Positions 9,163-21,415 of a stretch of 64,000 nucleotides of DNA are shown here, piece after piece. Every line of letters begins with the position of its first letter. The stretch's first letter is position 1. Position numbers and translations under genes: made by a program. This DNA comes from Tepidisphaera sp. (GTDB taxonomy: Bacteria > Planctomycetota > Phycisphaerae > Phycisphaerales > UBA1924): NCBI GenBank assembly GCA_050916045.1, contig CP051526.1, forward strand, positions 2,880,001-2,944,000, given 5' to 3'. The notes below the pieces were generated by a model. It saw only the letters and a list, made by a program, of their open reading frames with translations, was not told the DNA's origin and did no database searches.

Positions 9163-12100
9163 ATGGACGACACGCTGATCCGTCAACTGCTCGAAGAAAC
9201 GCTCGAATCCGGCCGCACGCCGGAAGACGTCTGCGCCGATCATCCCGAACTGCTCGCCGAGGTCCGGGATCGCCTCGCTCGCCTCCGCGCCATCGAATCG
9301 CAGGTCGAAGCCATCTTTCCCACACCCGCGCGCACCCGCTCCCGCGCCTACGGACCTCAGGTCATCCTCAGCGGCCGCCTCCCGCAGATCCCCGGCCACC
9401 ATGTCGAAGCCGTCATCGGCCGCGGCGGCATGGGCGTCGTCTATCGGGCCAAGCACGCCACCCTCGGACGCACCGTCGCCGTCAAAATGGTCCTCATGGG
9501 TGCCTACGCCCCCGCGAAGGACCTCCAGTCGCTCCTCCGCGAAGCCGAAGCCGTCGCCACCCTCCAACACCCCAACATCGTTCAGGTCTACGAGGTCGGC
9601 GAACTCGACGGCCTGCCCTACTTCACGATGGAGTACGTCGAGGGCGGCACCCTCGCAAGCAAGCTCTCAGGCTCACCGCAGGGTGCCCGAGCTTCGGCCT
9701 CGCTCGCCGCCATCCTCGCGGACGCGATGCAGACGGCCCACGACCGCGGCATCGTCCACCGCGACCTCAAGCCGACGAACATCCTGCTCACCGCCGACGC
9801 CATCCCCAAGATCGCCGACTTCAGCATCGCTCGAAACCTCGGCGCGGACCAGACCCTGACCCTCGGCGGAGCCCGACTCGGCACGCCGAGCTACATGGCT
9901 CCCGAACAAGCCGCCGGCACCGAAGGGGCGTTCAGCCCCGCCGTCGACGTCTACGCCCTCGGCGCGGTGCTCTACGAGATGATGACCGGCCGCCCGCCCT
10001 TCCGAGCCGACACCCCGTCGGAAACACAGCGGCAGGTCATCAAGGAATCACCCGCTCCGCCCTCGCGCCTCAACATGCGAATCCCGCGGGACCTCGAGAA
10101 CATCTGCCTGAAATGCCTCCACAAGGAGCCCGCCCGCCGATACGCCTCCGCGGCCGCTCTCGCCCGCGACCTCCGCCGGTTCCTCGCCGGCGAGCCCATC
10201 GAAGCCCGCCCCGTCGGCCGCATCGAACGCCTCGCCCGCTGGACGCGTCGCAATCCCACCGAGACCGCTCTCCTCGCCGCCATCCTCGCGCTCGTCGCCG
10301 TCGCCGGTTACGCCGGCGCACGAGAATGGGCCTCCCTCGCCGAACGCCAAGCCCAAGCCGCCCGCTGGGAAGACCGCCTCGGCACCATCATCGAACTCCA
10401 GCACGCAGGCCGCTTCGAAGAAGTCCGCGCCATCCTCGGCCGCGTCCCCGAAGCCGTCTCCACCCAGATGCGAGCCAGCGTCGAGCGTGCCCGCGCCGAT
10501 CTCGAGCTCGTCGAACGCCTCGACGCCATCCGCCACGGCCGCGACCGCTTCAAGGATGGCGGCGGACTCGACTACGACCTCCCCGCAGGCCAGTACCTCG
10601 CCGCGTTCAGCCAGGGGATCGGAACCTTCGACGAATCACCCCGCTCCGTCGCCGCAAAACACCAGAATTCCCCCGTCCGCAGCGCCATCGTCGCCGCCCT
10701 TGACGACTGGGCCGTCTGCATGACCGCCGAGCACCGCCCCTGGGTCCTCGAGGTCGCACGCTCTCTCGATCCCGATCCCTGGCGCGACGCCGTACGCGAC
10801 CCCGCCCGCTGGGCCGACGTCGACCACCTCGCGAGGCTCGCCACCGACCCCGCCGCCGAAAGCCAGCCCGTGACGATCCGCGTCGCCATGGCCACACGCT
10901 GGCGCCGACTCGGCGGCGACCCGACCCAGTTCCTCCTCCTCACCCAGCGCAGCCATCCCGATGACTTCTGGGTCAACTTCGAGCTCGGTCATCTCTACTT
11001 CGCCACAAGCCCCGAGACCGCCATCGGCTACCTCCGAGCCGCCCTCGCCGTACGACCCCACTCCGGAGCCGCCCAATTCAACCTCGGCGCCGCTTTCCTC
11101 AAGCTCGAGCAATGGGATCAAGCCCGCCATCACTTCGAACGAGCCCTCATCGACGACCCCGGACACACCTGGGCCCGCAGAAATCTCGCGCAGCTCCAAG
11201 CCCGCGCCGGCCAGTACGACCAGGCCATCGCGAATCTCCAGGCCGTGCTCGACCTCCATCCCGCCGACCTCGACTGCAGGCTCGCCCTCGGCGGCGCCTA
11301 CATCCGCTCCGGACGCGCGGAAGAGTGGCGAGAACGCTGGAAACGCGAGCTCGAAGCCCATCCGCACGACGCCGGCCGCTGGGACGGCTACGCCGAACTC
11401 TGCCTCTTCATGGGAGACCCGGACGAATACGACCGGGCCTGCGCTGAACTCATCCGCCAATCCCAAAGCACCACCGACCCACGGGCCTGCGAACGTGCGG
11501 GCCGCGCCTGCCTCCTCGCCCCCGCTCCGGAACCCCGCCTCCGCGAAGCGACACGGCTCATCGATCGGGCCCTCGCCGCCGATGAAGCGCAAGCACCGCT
11601 CTGGGCCCGGCCCTACTTCCTCTTCGCCAAGGCCCTCGCCGAGTATCGCGCGGGCCGCTTCGACGCCGCCAGGACCATCCTCGCGGGCGAAGCCGGAGGC
11701 ATCCTCGGTCCCGCTCCCGGCATGCTCCTCGCCATGACGGAACACCGCCGAGGAGCCCCCGCCGCCGCGAAACACGCGTACGACACCGCGCTGGCCGCCT
11801 TCGACTGGAACGAAACCAACACCGACACCCGCGAAGCCCAGATGTACCACATCCTCCGCCGCGAAGCCGAATCCCTCCTCCATCCCCCCGCCAAGGAGGC
11901 ACCCAAGGAGCCACCCAAGTCGAATCCCCACGTCGCACCGCTCAACACAAAGGGTCGGGGTGCCGCTTCGACCCCTCAAAGGCGAGCGTCCGGGAAAAGC
12001 GGCCCCTCGCCCGCCGCGTCGGCGTTCAGCCTCCCGGAGCATCCCGAGGAGCGGCGCATAACCGGATCTTTTCTTCCATTCTGCCCCCAAAGTGCTCCAC

Positions 12101-12342
12101 TTTGCCGGCAGAATGGAACATTCTGCCCCGAGCGCGGAGCATTTTGCCCCCGAAATGCTCCATTCTGCCCCCGTCGCGGAGCATTTTGCCGGCAGAATGG
12201 AGCATTCTGCCCCGAGCGCGGACCATTTTGCCCCCGAAATGTTCCACCTCGCCCCCTCCCCACCCTCCCCGGGCCCTCCCCAAAGCCCGACCCCGGCCCC
12301 AAACCCCCGCGCAGCTTCGGCCTTCCGATTCGGGTTGCATAA
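9163..12342 (+). CDS. Hanks-type Ser/Thr kinase with TM segment and TPR repeats; repeat-derived C-terminal tail (STK1)
   Basis: GRGGMG, VAVK, HRDLKPTN, DFS, GTPSYMAPE; TPR-like helices. Confidence 0.92.
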   Translation: MDDTLIRQLLEETLESGRTPEDVCADHPELLAEVRDRLARLRAIESQVEAIFPTPARTRSRAYGPQVILSGRLPQIPGHHVEAVIGRGGMGVVYRAKHATLGRTVAVKMVLMGAYAPAKDLQSLLREAEAVATLQHPNIVQVYEVGELDGLPYFTMEYVEGGTLASKLSGSPQGARASASLAAILADAMQTAHDRGIVHRDLKPTNILLTADAIPKIADFSIARNLGADQTLTLGGARLGTPSYMAPEQAAGTEGAFSPAVDVYALGAVLYEMMTGRPPFRADTPSETQRQVIKESPAPPSRLNMRIPRDLENICLKCLHKEPARRYASAAALARDLRRFLAGEPIEARPVGRIERLARWTRRNPTETALLAAILALVAVAGYAGAREWASLAERQAQAARWEDRLGTIIELQHAGRFEEVRAILGRVPEAVSTQMRASVERARADLELVERLDAIRHGRDRFKDGGGLDYDLPAGQYLAAFSQGIGTFDESPRSVAAKHQNSPVRSAIVAALDDWAVCMTAEHRPWVLEVARSLDPDPWRDAVRDPARWADVDHLARLATDPAAESQPVTIRVAMATRWRRLGGDPTQFLLLTQRSHPDDFWVNFELGHLYFATSPETAIGYLRAALAVRPHSGAAQFNLGAAFLKLEQWDQARHHFERALIDDPGHTWARRNLAQLQARAGQYDQAIANLQAVLDLHPADLDCRLALGGAYIRSGRAEEWRERWKRELEAHPHDAGRWDGYAELCLFMGDPDEYDRACAELIRQSQSTTDPRACERAGRACLLAPAPEPRLREATRLIDRALAADEAQAPLWARPYFLFAKALAEYRAGRFDAARTILAGEAGGILGPAPGMLLAMTEHRRGAPAAAKHAYDTALAAFDWNETNTDTREAQMYHILRREAESLLHPPAKEAPKEPPKSNPHVAPLNTKGRGAASTPQRRASGKSGPSPAASAFSLPEHPEERRITGSFLPFCPQSAPLCRQNGTFCPERGAFCPRNAPFCPRRGAFCRQNGAFCPERGPFCPRNVPPRPLPTLPGPSPKPDPGPKPPRSFGLPIRVA
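12076..12247 (+). repeat. Tandem repeat, 8 x 21 bp with 84-bp higher-order period
   Basis: Units start at 12076, 12097, 12118, 12139, 12160, 12181, 12202 and 12223, e.g. CCATTCTGCCCCCAAAGTGCT and GCATTTTGCCGGCAGAATGGA; units 2-4 are near-identical to units 6-8. Confidence 0.92.
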
Positions 12343-12550
12343 GGGGAGCCGTTCCGGGCAGCCCGGCAGACCCACCCGCGCCGATCGCCGGAGGAACCGG
12401 CGATCGATGGCACGACGGGCCTCCTGAAGCCATCGGTGCCACCCGCCCCCCAAGTAAACACCTGGTACCCCGCGGCTTACTCTCTCTATTCAGGCTCGCA
12501 AGGCATGGTACATTGGAGAGCACGCCTTTGACCACCCATGGAGCTCTTCG

Positions 12551-14575
12551 ATGATGACTGGGAATCGAACCTTGAACCACAGCCTGCTTGCTCGCTCGAT
12601 CTTGTGGGTGACTGCTTCGCTGGCCGCGCTCGCGGGGGGTTGCATCGATGCTCTCTTTGACGATAACTCGATCAGCTACCCTGAAGCGCGCACGCCAGCG
12701 GTGCAGGCTGTCGTTGAGATTGCCAAAGCCAACGGCTGGGACAAGCATCATCGGCTCACGTTTGGCGCAGTAGATGCCCAGCTAGACGACATTTACCTCC
12801 TTGAGTCTGACACACGTTTTCGCTTTGACGATTGGTGGAATGATGGGGGCGAGGGCAAGTTTGTTGCCGCGTGCCTGATTCTTCAGCAGAGCAAGCGTCC
12901 AGATCGGGAGACCATTGCGCGAAGGCTCCTCGAGGAAGGACGCGACCGCGGGGATGGTTTATGTATCTTGTCTTTGGGGTGCTGGGACGCCATTGGTCCG
13001 CAAGCATCGATCAGCCCTCTGAACATCTCAGCCGAGGGCCTCAAGGACCCTGCCGCGTTAGCCACAGCGGTCGAGCTGGCTGTGAGAGCGCCAGCACCGG
13101 CATTTCCGGAGAACATCCTTGACTTCTATCCGATCCTCGCCGAAAGGGGTGTTATCTCGGCGGAGGCAGCGTGGGAAACGTTGTGCCTGATAGGCAATAC
13201 CGGAGCAATGCCCGGCGCGTCTTTCTCTCCGATGTTCGAAAAGCTGCAGGCGTCCTACAAGGTCGGTGCGAACGGTCAGAGCTCACCCGATGAGTCGGTT
13301 CGCAAGGAGTGGGATAGTTACGAGAATCGGTCAATTGTGAATCCTTTGGGCAGTCAGGGGCGTGCAAGTTGGTCTCACATCCATGGCCCCAACGGCTGGC
13401 GAAGCAGTGGGGAGCGGCTTGCGATTGCGAAGTGGTTGCGAGACAAGTCTCGAACCGGTTGGCTGACGATCCCCGCCCAGCCGTTCCTCGCAGACAATCC
13501 GCCTGACCTGAAGCCGAGAGAATTTTGGAATCTGGCGAGTTACTGGCATGGCAATCGCAGCACTTCGACCTGGGAGATGAAGGAACTCGCCTGGCGGCAA
13601 CAGATTCGTAAGGACGAGGCGATGGTTGTCAATCGTGAGCGAAAAGTCGCTGAGCAACGTGCGTTCTTTGACGCTAAGTTTGGCGACGGCAGCGCTCGGA
13701 GGGCATCGCGTGAGGCTGCCAACGCCCAAGAGCAGCGTCAACAGTGGCAGCAGTTCAAGGATCAGTACGCTCCCGGCGGTGGCATCCAAGGCGAGTTGAA
13801 TCGCCAGAACGAACGATTGCTCGGCGGTGCGGGTGGCACGACGCGCTCCCCCTCGCGCGATCCCGAGCCGGGCGTCAACAAGACGGTGATCTACGAGAAG
13901 GACAAGGAACCCAAGGTCATCGTTCACCAGGAGCCGCCCCCCAACTCGACCGTGATCTACGAGAAGGGTAAGGAGCCCCGGGTTGAGACCTCGGCGCCGA
14001 GCGGTTCGGGAGGCGGCCTCAAGCCCCAGACCAACACTCCAGGACAGAAGAACGGCTGGGATCGCACCTACTTCGACGATGGGCGTGTGCAGACCGAGGT
14101 GTACTACGTCAACGGAAAGAAGAACGGCGAGTTCCGCCGATACGACATCCGAAGCCTCAACGAGTTCCGCACCCCGATCCACGGCCACTACTTCCTTCTG
14201 GAGTCCGGTCAGTATGAGAACGACCAGAAGACGGGAGAGTGGAAGCAGTGGGCGACCAGCGCGTATCTCGACAAGCCCTATCTCGAGCAGTCGCAGTGGT
14301 ACTCGCGCGGGATCTTGAACGGAACTCGAACGAGGTGGGATTCGGCCTACTTCTGCGGAGGCCGCGTCCATAAATCGCTCGAAGAGGAGTATGTGGATGG
14401 CAAACTGAGCGGCGAGAGACGAGAGTACGAGTACGACTGCGCCCTCACAATGGAGCAGATCAAGCGGTCCACGATGTACCTTTACGGCAAGAAGAACGGC
14501 CCGCAGATCGAGTATCGCGGGGGCGTTCCCCACTCCACCACCAACTACATCGACGGCGAGAAAGTCGGCAGGTAA
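12551..14575 (+). CDS. Hypothetical lipoprotein with C-terminal MORN-variant (YwqK-like) repeats
   Basis: Lipobox LAGGC; repeats such as YVNGKKNGEFRRY, YENDQKTGEWKQW and YVDGKLSGERREY. Confidence 0.75.
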   Translation: MMTGNRTLNHSLLARSILWVTASLAALAGGCIDALFDDNSISYPEARTPAVQAVVEIAKANGWDKHHRLTFGAVDAQLDDIYLLESDTRFRFDDWWNDGGEGKFVAACLILQQSKRPDRETIARRLLEEGRDRGDGLCILSLGCWDAIGPQASISPLNISAEGLKDPAALATAVELAVRAPAPAFPENILDFYPILAERGVISAEAAWETLCLIGNTGAMPGASFSPMFEKLQASYKVGANGQSSPDESVRKEWDSYENRSIVNPLGSQGRASWSHIHGPNGWRSSGERLAIAKWLRDKSRTGWLTIPAQPFLADNPPDLKPREFWNLASYWHGNRSTSTWEMKELAWRQQIRKDEAMVVNRERKVAEQRAFFDAKFGDGSARRASREAANAQEQRQQWQQFKDQYAPGGGIQGELNRQNERLLGGAGGTTRSPSRDPEPGVNKTVIYEKDKEPKVIVHQEPPPNSTVIYEKGKEPRVETSAPSGSGGGLKPQTNTPGQKNGWDRTYFDDGRVQTEVYYVNGKKNGEFRRYDIRSLNEFRTPIHGHYFLLESGQYENDQKTGEWKQWATSAYLDKPYLEQSQWYSRGILNGTRTRWDSAYFCGGRVHKSLEEEYVDGKLSGERREYEYDCALTMEQIKRSTMYLYGKKNGPQIEYRGGVPHSTTNYIDGEKVGR

Positions 14576-14595
14576 GTGGCCTCGGCCGGACAATA

Positions 14596-14719
14596 CCGGG
14601 TGCCACGATCATCCGGTCTTCCGGATGGTCGTGGAGAGCCGCGCGTCGCCAGATGAGGATTCGATCAAGGGTGCACGCTGATCCACGACCATCCCGAAGC
14701 GGGAGATCGTGGCACCCGG
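14596..14719. repeat. Inverted pair of REP-like palindromes
   Basis: 14596-14635 CCGGGTGCCACGATCATCCGGTCTTCCGGATGGTCGTGGA and 14682-14719 are near reverse complements; each is itself a hairpin. Confidence 0.75.
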
Positions 14720-14823
14720 CGTGCCGATCGACCCGCTTCCGCCAAAGCGACCGACCCCGCGCGACGGGTTGACGCCGGACGCGGGCACGCCCCAAGCACC
14801 GACGTGACATCGTGCTCGGGCGA

Positions 14824-14860
14824 CCATCCACCACCCTCCGAAGCGGAGGGTGGTGGATGG
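14824..14860. terminator. Perfect 17-bp hairpin between convergent genes (terminator or REP-like)
   Basis: CCATCCACCACCCTCCG-AAG-CGGAGGGTGGTGGATGG; no strong U tract. Confidence 0.6.
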
Positions 14861-14907
14861 AGCTTTGAAACACCGAGGCGACCTGCGACCCCGCCGGCGG
14901 CCCGCCC

Positions 14908-18446
<3,539 letters not shown>

Positions 18447-18450
<4 letters not shown>

Positions 18451-19061
18451 GGGGCTCCGCTCGCCTTCCCGAGCAGCGTGTGAAGCAGCGCCCGCGCAAA
18501 TCGCCACTCACGCTCGACCGTGCTCAGGGAGATCTCCATCGCCGCGGCCGTCTCTTCGGCCGTCAGCCCGGCGAAGTAGCGGAGGCGAACGATCTGAGCT
18601 TTCCGGGGGTCCATCGCTTCCAGTTCCGCGAGCTTTTCGGCGATGGCTTCCACATCGTCGTCCGCTTCCGCCGGCCCGATGGCGGCGTCGTGATCCTGGA
18701 TCGCCTTTCCCCTGCTTCCCGAACCGCGCTTGAGGGCGTTGCGCTGCCGGGCGTACTCGACGAGGATGTCCTGCATCGCGCGAGCGGCGGCGAAGAAGAA
18801 GTGCCTGCGATTCTCGTACGCGGCCGCGTCCTTCCCGACGAGCTTGAGAAACGCCTCGTGCACCAGCGCGGTCGCTTGGAGCGTCCGGCCGCCGGCTCCG
18901 GGCGTGTCGCGGAGCTTGCCCGCCGCCAACCGCCGCAGTTCGTCATAAAGCAGGGGAAAGAGGCGGTCCGCGGCGAGGGGATCCGCGGGCGAACACCCGC
19001 GCAGAAGCAGCGTGATCTCGTGATCCGGATCCCCGGGATGGCCGCTCTTCGCCGTGGTCAT
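18447..19061 (-). CDS. ECF sigma factor, TIGR02999/Sigma70_ECF type (ECF2)
   Basis: LYDELRRLA, TLQATALVHEAFLKL, AARAMQDILV, STVEREWRFARA. Confidence 0.93.
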
Positions 19062-19242
19062 GCTGAAGCGTCAGTATACGGAATCGCACCCATCCTGCGC
19101 GACTCGCACATCGGGGTCCCAGCCGTCCGCCTTGCTCCGAGACGCCTTGCACGAAAGAAGCACCGGCCGAGAGCGGCCGGTGCTTGGAACTGCGAACCTT
19201 GAGTTGACCGGCCGCGATCGCCCGCGAACGGTCGGGCTTGCT

Positions 19243-20493
19243 TCAGCGAAGCTGCGTCGAGGTGTTCGGCGTCCCTCGGATCGTCGGGGCGTTCACCGAG
19301 CCGTCGGGTCCGGCGGCGTCCGCCGGTGCGGCCGCTCCGTCGCGCATCAGCACCGCGAGGCCGTCGGCGGCGAACCGGGCTCCGATCAGCATCTCCGAGC
19401 CGTACGCCGCGATCGCGCTGCCGAACTGGGCGGTGCCCGTGCCGTGGGCGCTCGTCATCCGCTGGCGAAGCGACCAGCGGCCCTGGCTGAGCGAGAAGCA
19501 ATCCACGGCGTTGAGGCCGGGAGCGCCCACGAAAGCTTCATCGCCTCGGATCTCGACGACCGCGCCGAACATCGCGGGAGCGCCGGTCCTCGAGACGCGC
19601 TGGCGAGACACCCAGCCGTTCGCGGAACGCTCGAAGATGTACGCCCGGCTCGTGCCGGTCTCGCCGACGATGATGCGATCGCCGTCGGTCGAAACGGCCA
19701 CGCCGAAGTACCCGCTCCCCGTCGGAACCGGCGACTCGAGGGTCTGCGTGTGGGTCCACTGGTCACCCATGCGCTCAAAGACCTGAACCGAACCCGCGAA
19801 GAGGAGGCCCGAAGCGTCGAAGGGCGCCCCCACCACCGCGACATCGCCCGAGATGTCCACGCTCCAACCGGCGATGTCGCCCATCCGGCCATCGGTCGCC
19901 ACAAGCTGGGCTTCCCGCTCCCAGACGCCATCGACCTTGCGGAAGACGTACGCGGTGCCGGAGGAATGGCCGAGCGTGTTGTCGTACTTCGCGCCGGCGA
20001 TGATCGTGTCACCGCTGATCGCGACCGAATTGCCGAAGTTGTCGATCCGGTCCACGCCGTCGTGCGTGAGCTGCTGCTCAAAGCGGACCTCGCCGCGCGA
20101 CGTCACGGTGTACACCATCAGCACGCCCGAAGACATCGGGCCCGGCCCCCCCGAGCACGCATCCAAGTACGGAGCCCCGGCCACCATCGTCGATCCCTCC
20201 ATCGCGACGGAATAGCCCAGGCCCTTGCTGCGGCCGAACGGATCCGAGACCATAACCGGCGCGCCAAACCCGCCCCGGAGGGTCCTCGGGAAGACCGCGA
20301 CGTGGTGGTCGTACATCGAGCCGATCGCCGCCGCACTGCCGGTGAGCGCGACGGAGGTCCCGTACCCGCCCGACGGGTTGATGCCCGTGGGGTCAAGCAC
20401 GCCCGCTTGCGTCATGATCTGAGCCCCCGCCGAAGCGGCCAAGAGCGACGATGCCGCGAGAACGGTCCCAAGAACGATTCTGCCGGTCTTCAT
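19243..20493 (-). CDS. Secreted FG-GAP repeat protein
   Basis: Signal peptide ending ASAGA; repeats FGNSVAISGDTIIAGA and GWSVDISGDVAVVGAP. Confidence 0.88.
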   Translation of the reverse strand: MKTGRIVLGTVLAASSLLAASAGAQIMTQAGVLDPTGINPSGGYGTSVALTGSAAAIGSMYDHHVAVFPRTLRGGFGAPVMVSDPFGRSKGLGYSVAMEGSTMVAGAPYLDACSGGPGPMSSGVLMVYTVTSRGEVRFEQQLTHDGVDRIDNFGNSVAISGDTIIAGAKYDNTLGHSSGTAYVFRKVDGVWEREAQLVATDGRMGDIAGWSVDISGDVAVVGAPFDASGLLFAGSVQVFERMGDQWTHTQTLESPVPTGSGYFGVAVSTDGDRIIVGETGTSRAYIFERSANGWVSRQRVSRTGAPAMFGAVVEIRGDEAFVGAPGLNAVDCFSLSQGRWSLRQRMTSAHGTGTAQFGSAIAAYGSEMLIGARFAADGLAVLMRDGAAAPADAAGPDGSVNAPTIRGTPNTSTQLR

Positions 20494-20700
20494 CACGAAT
20501 CTCCTTCGGGCGGCGGAACGAAGTGACCCGCAGGCCTGTGACGATCATTTCGGCACGGCTCCGGGCGAGATGCTCTTTCGCGCTCGCTCGAACACACATC
20601 ACGTAGTCTTACGCAACTGCCGGGCCCGGGCTTTTCCGACCACCGCCCGTCACCAACACGCCGAACCGGCCCGTTCGCGGCCGAAGCAGCCTGAGGGATC

Positions 20701-21408
20701 ATGGACCTGGAATTAACCCCTAAACTAGGGAAAGCACTCGCGTCGAACTTCGAACTGCTCTGGGAGATTCTCTCGGTCGACGCGGGCTGCTCGGTCTCGA
20801 TCATCAGTCGCGAGGGCCGACTGCAGTGGGCCAACGAGCGCACGCTCATCGACTATGAGTGGCACCTGTCGATCAGGAACCCGGACGCCACCGGCGAAGA
20901 GCTCGACCCCATCGGCAAGCCGCTTGAAGACATCCTCCGGCCGGAGTTCGTCGAGGAGCGGATCGCGTTCATCCGCGAGTCGCTCGATACCGGACGCACG
21001 GTGGTTTATGAGAGCGTGCTCCGCGGCGTGCGGCAGCGTGTGGCGGTCCGACCCATCGGCGGCCAGGGAAGCGAGATGGTCATCATGATCGCCCGCCGAC
21101 TTCGCGGGACCGAGCGGATCAAGGACCTGATCCCGCCGGGCGCGATTCTGCGAGAGCCGAAGGTGCAGGACCCCGGCCTGCTCGGCGTGCTGTCGGCCCG
21201 GGAGCTCGACGTGCTCAAGCTGGTGGGCGACGGGCTGAGCAGCGGCGAGATCGCGCGGCGGCTGCACCGGAGCGTGCGCACGATCGAGGGGCATCGCAAA
21301 ACGATCGGAGAGAAGCTGGGTTTTTCGCGAGCGACGGACCTCGTGCGTGTGGCGATCCGGGCGGGGCTTTGCGAACTGCCGGACGCGCCGGACAATCCGG
21401 ACGAGTAG
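20701..21408 (+). CDS. LuxR-family regulator with PAS-like N-terminus
   Basis: LSARELDVLKLVGDGLSSGEIARRLHRSVRTIEGHR; no receiver domain. Confidence 0.88.
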   Translation: MDLELTPKLGKALASNFELLWEILSVDAGCSVSIISREGRLQWANERTLIDYEWHLSIRNPDATGEELDPIGKPLEDILRPEFVEERIAFIRESLDTGRTVVYESVLRGVRQRVAVRPIGGQGSEMVIMIARRLRGTERIKDLIPPGAILREPKVQDPGLLGVLSARELDVLKLVGDGLSSGEIARRLHRSVRTIEGHRKTIGEKLGFSRATDLVRVAIRAGLCELPDAPDNPDE

Positions 21409-21415
21409 GCGCGGC

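Noticed and set aside
12076..12247. CRISPR array
   Set aside because: Contiguous degenerate 21-bp units with no unique spacers and no cas genes
10636..12453. 605-aa minus-strand ORF with repeats
   Set aside because: Antisense to STK1; its repeat only mirrors the 21-bp array
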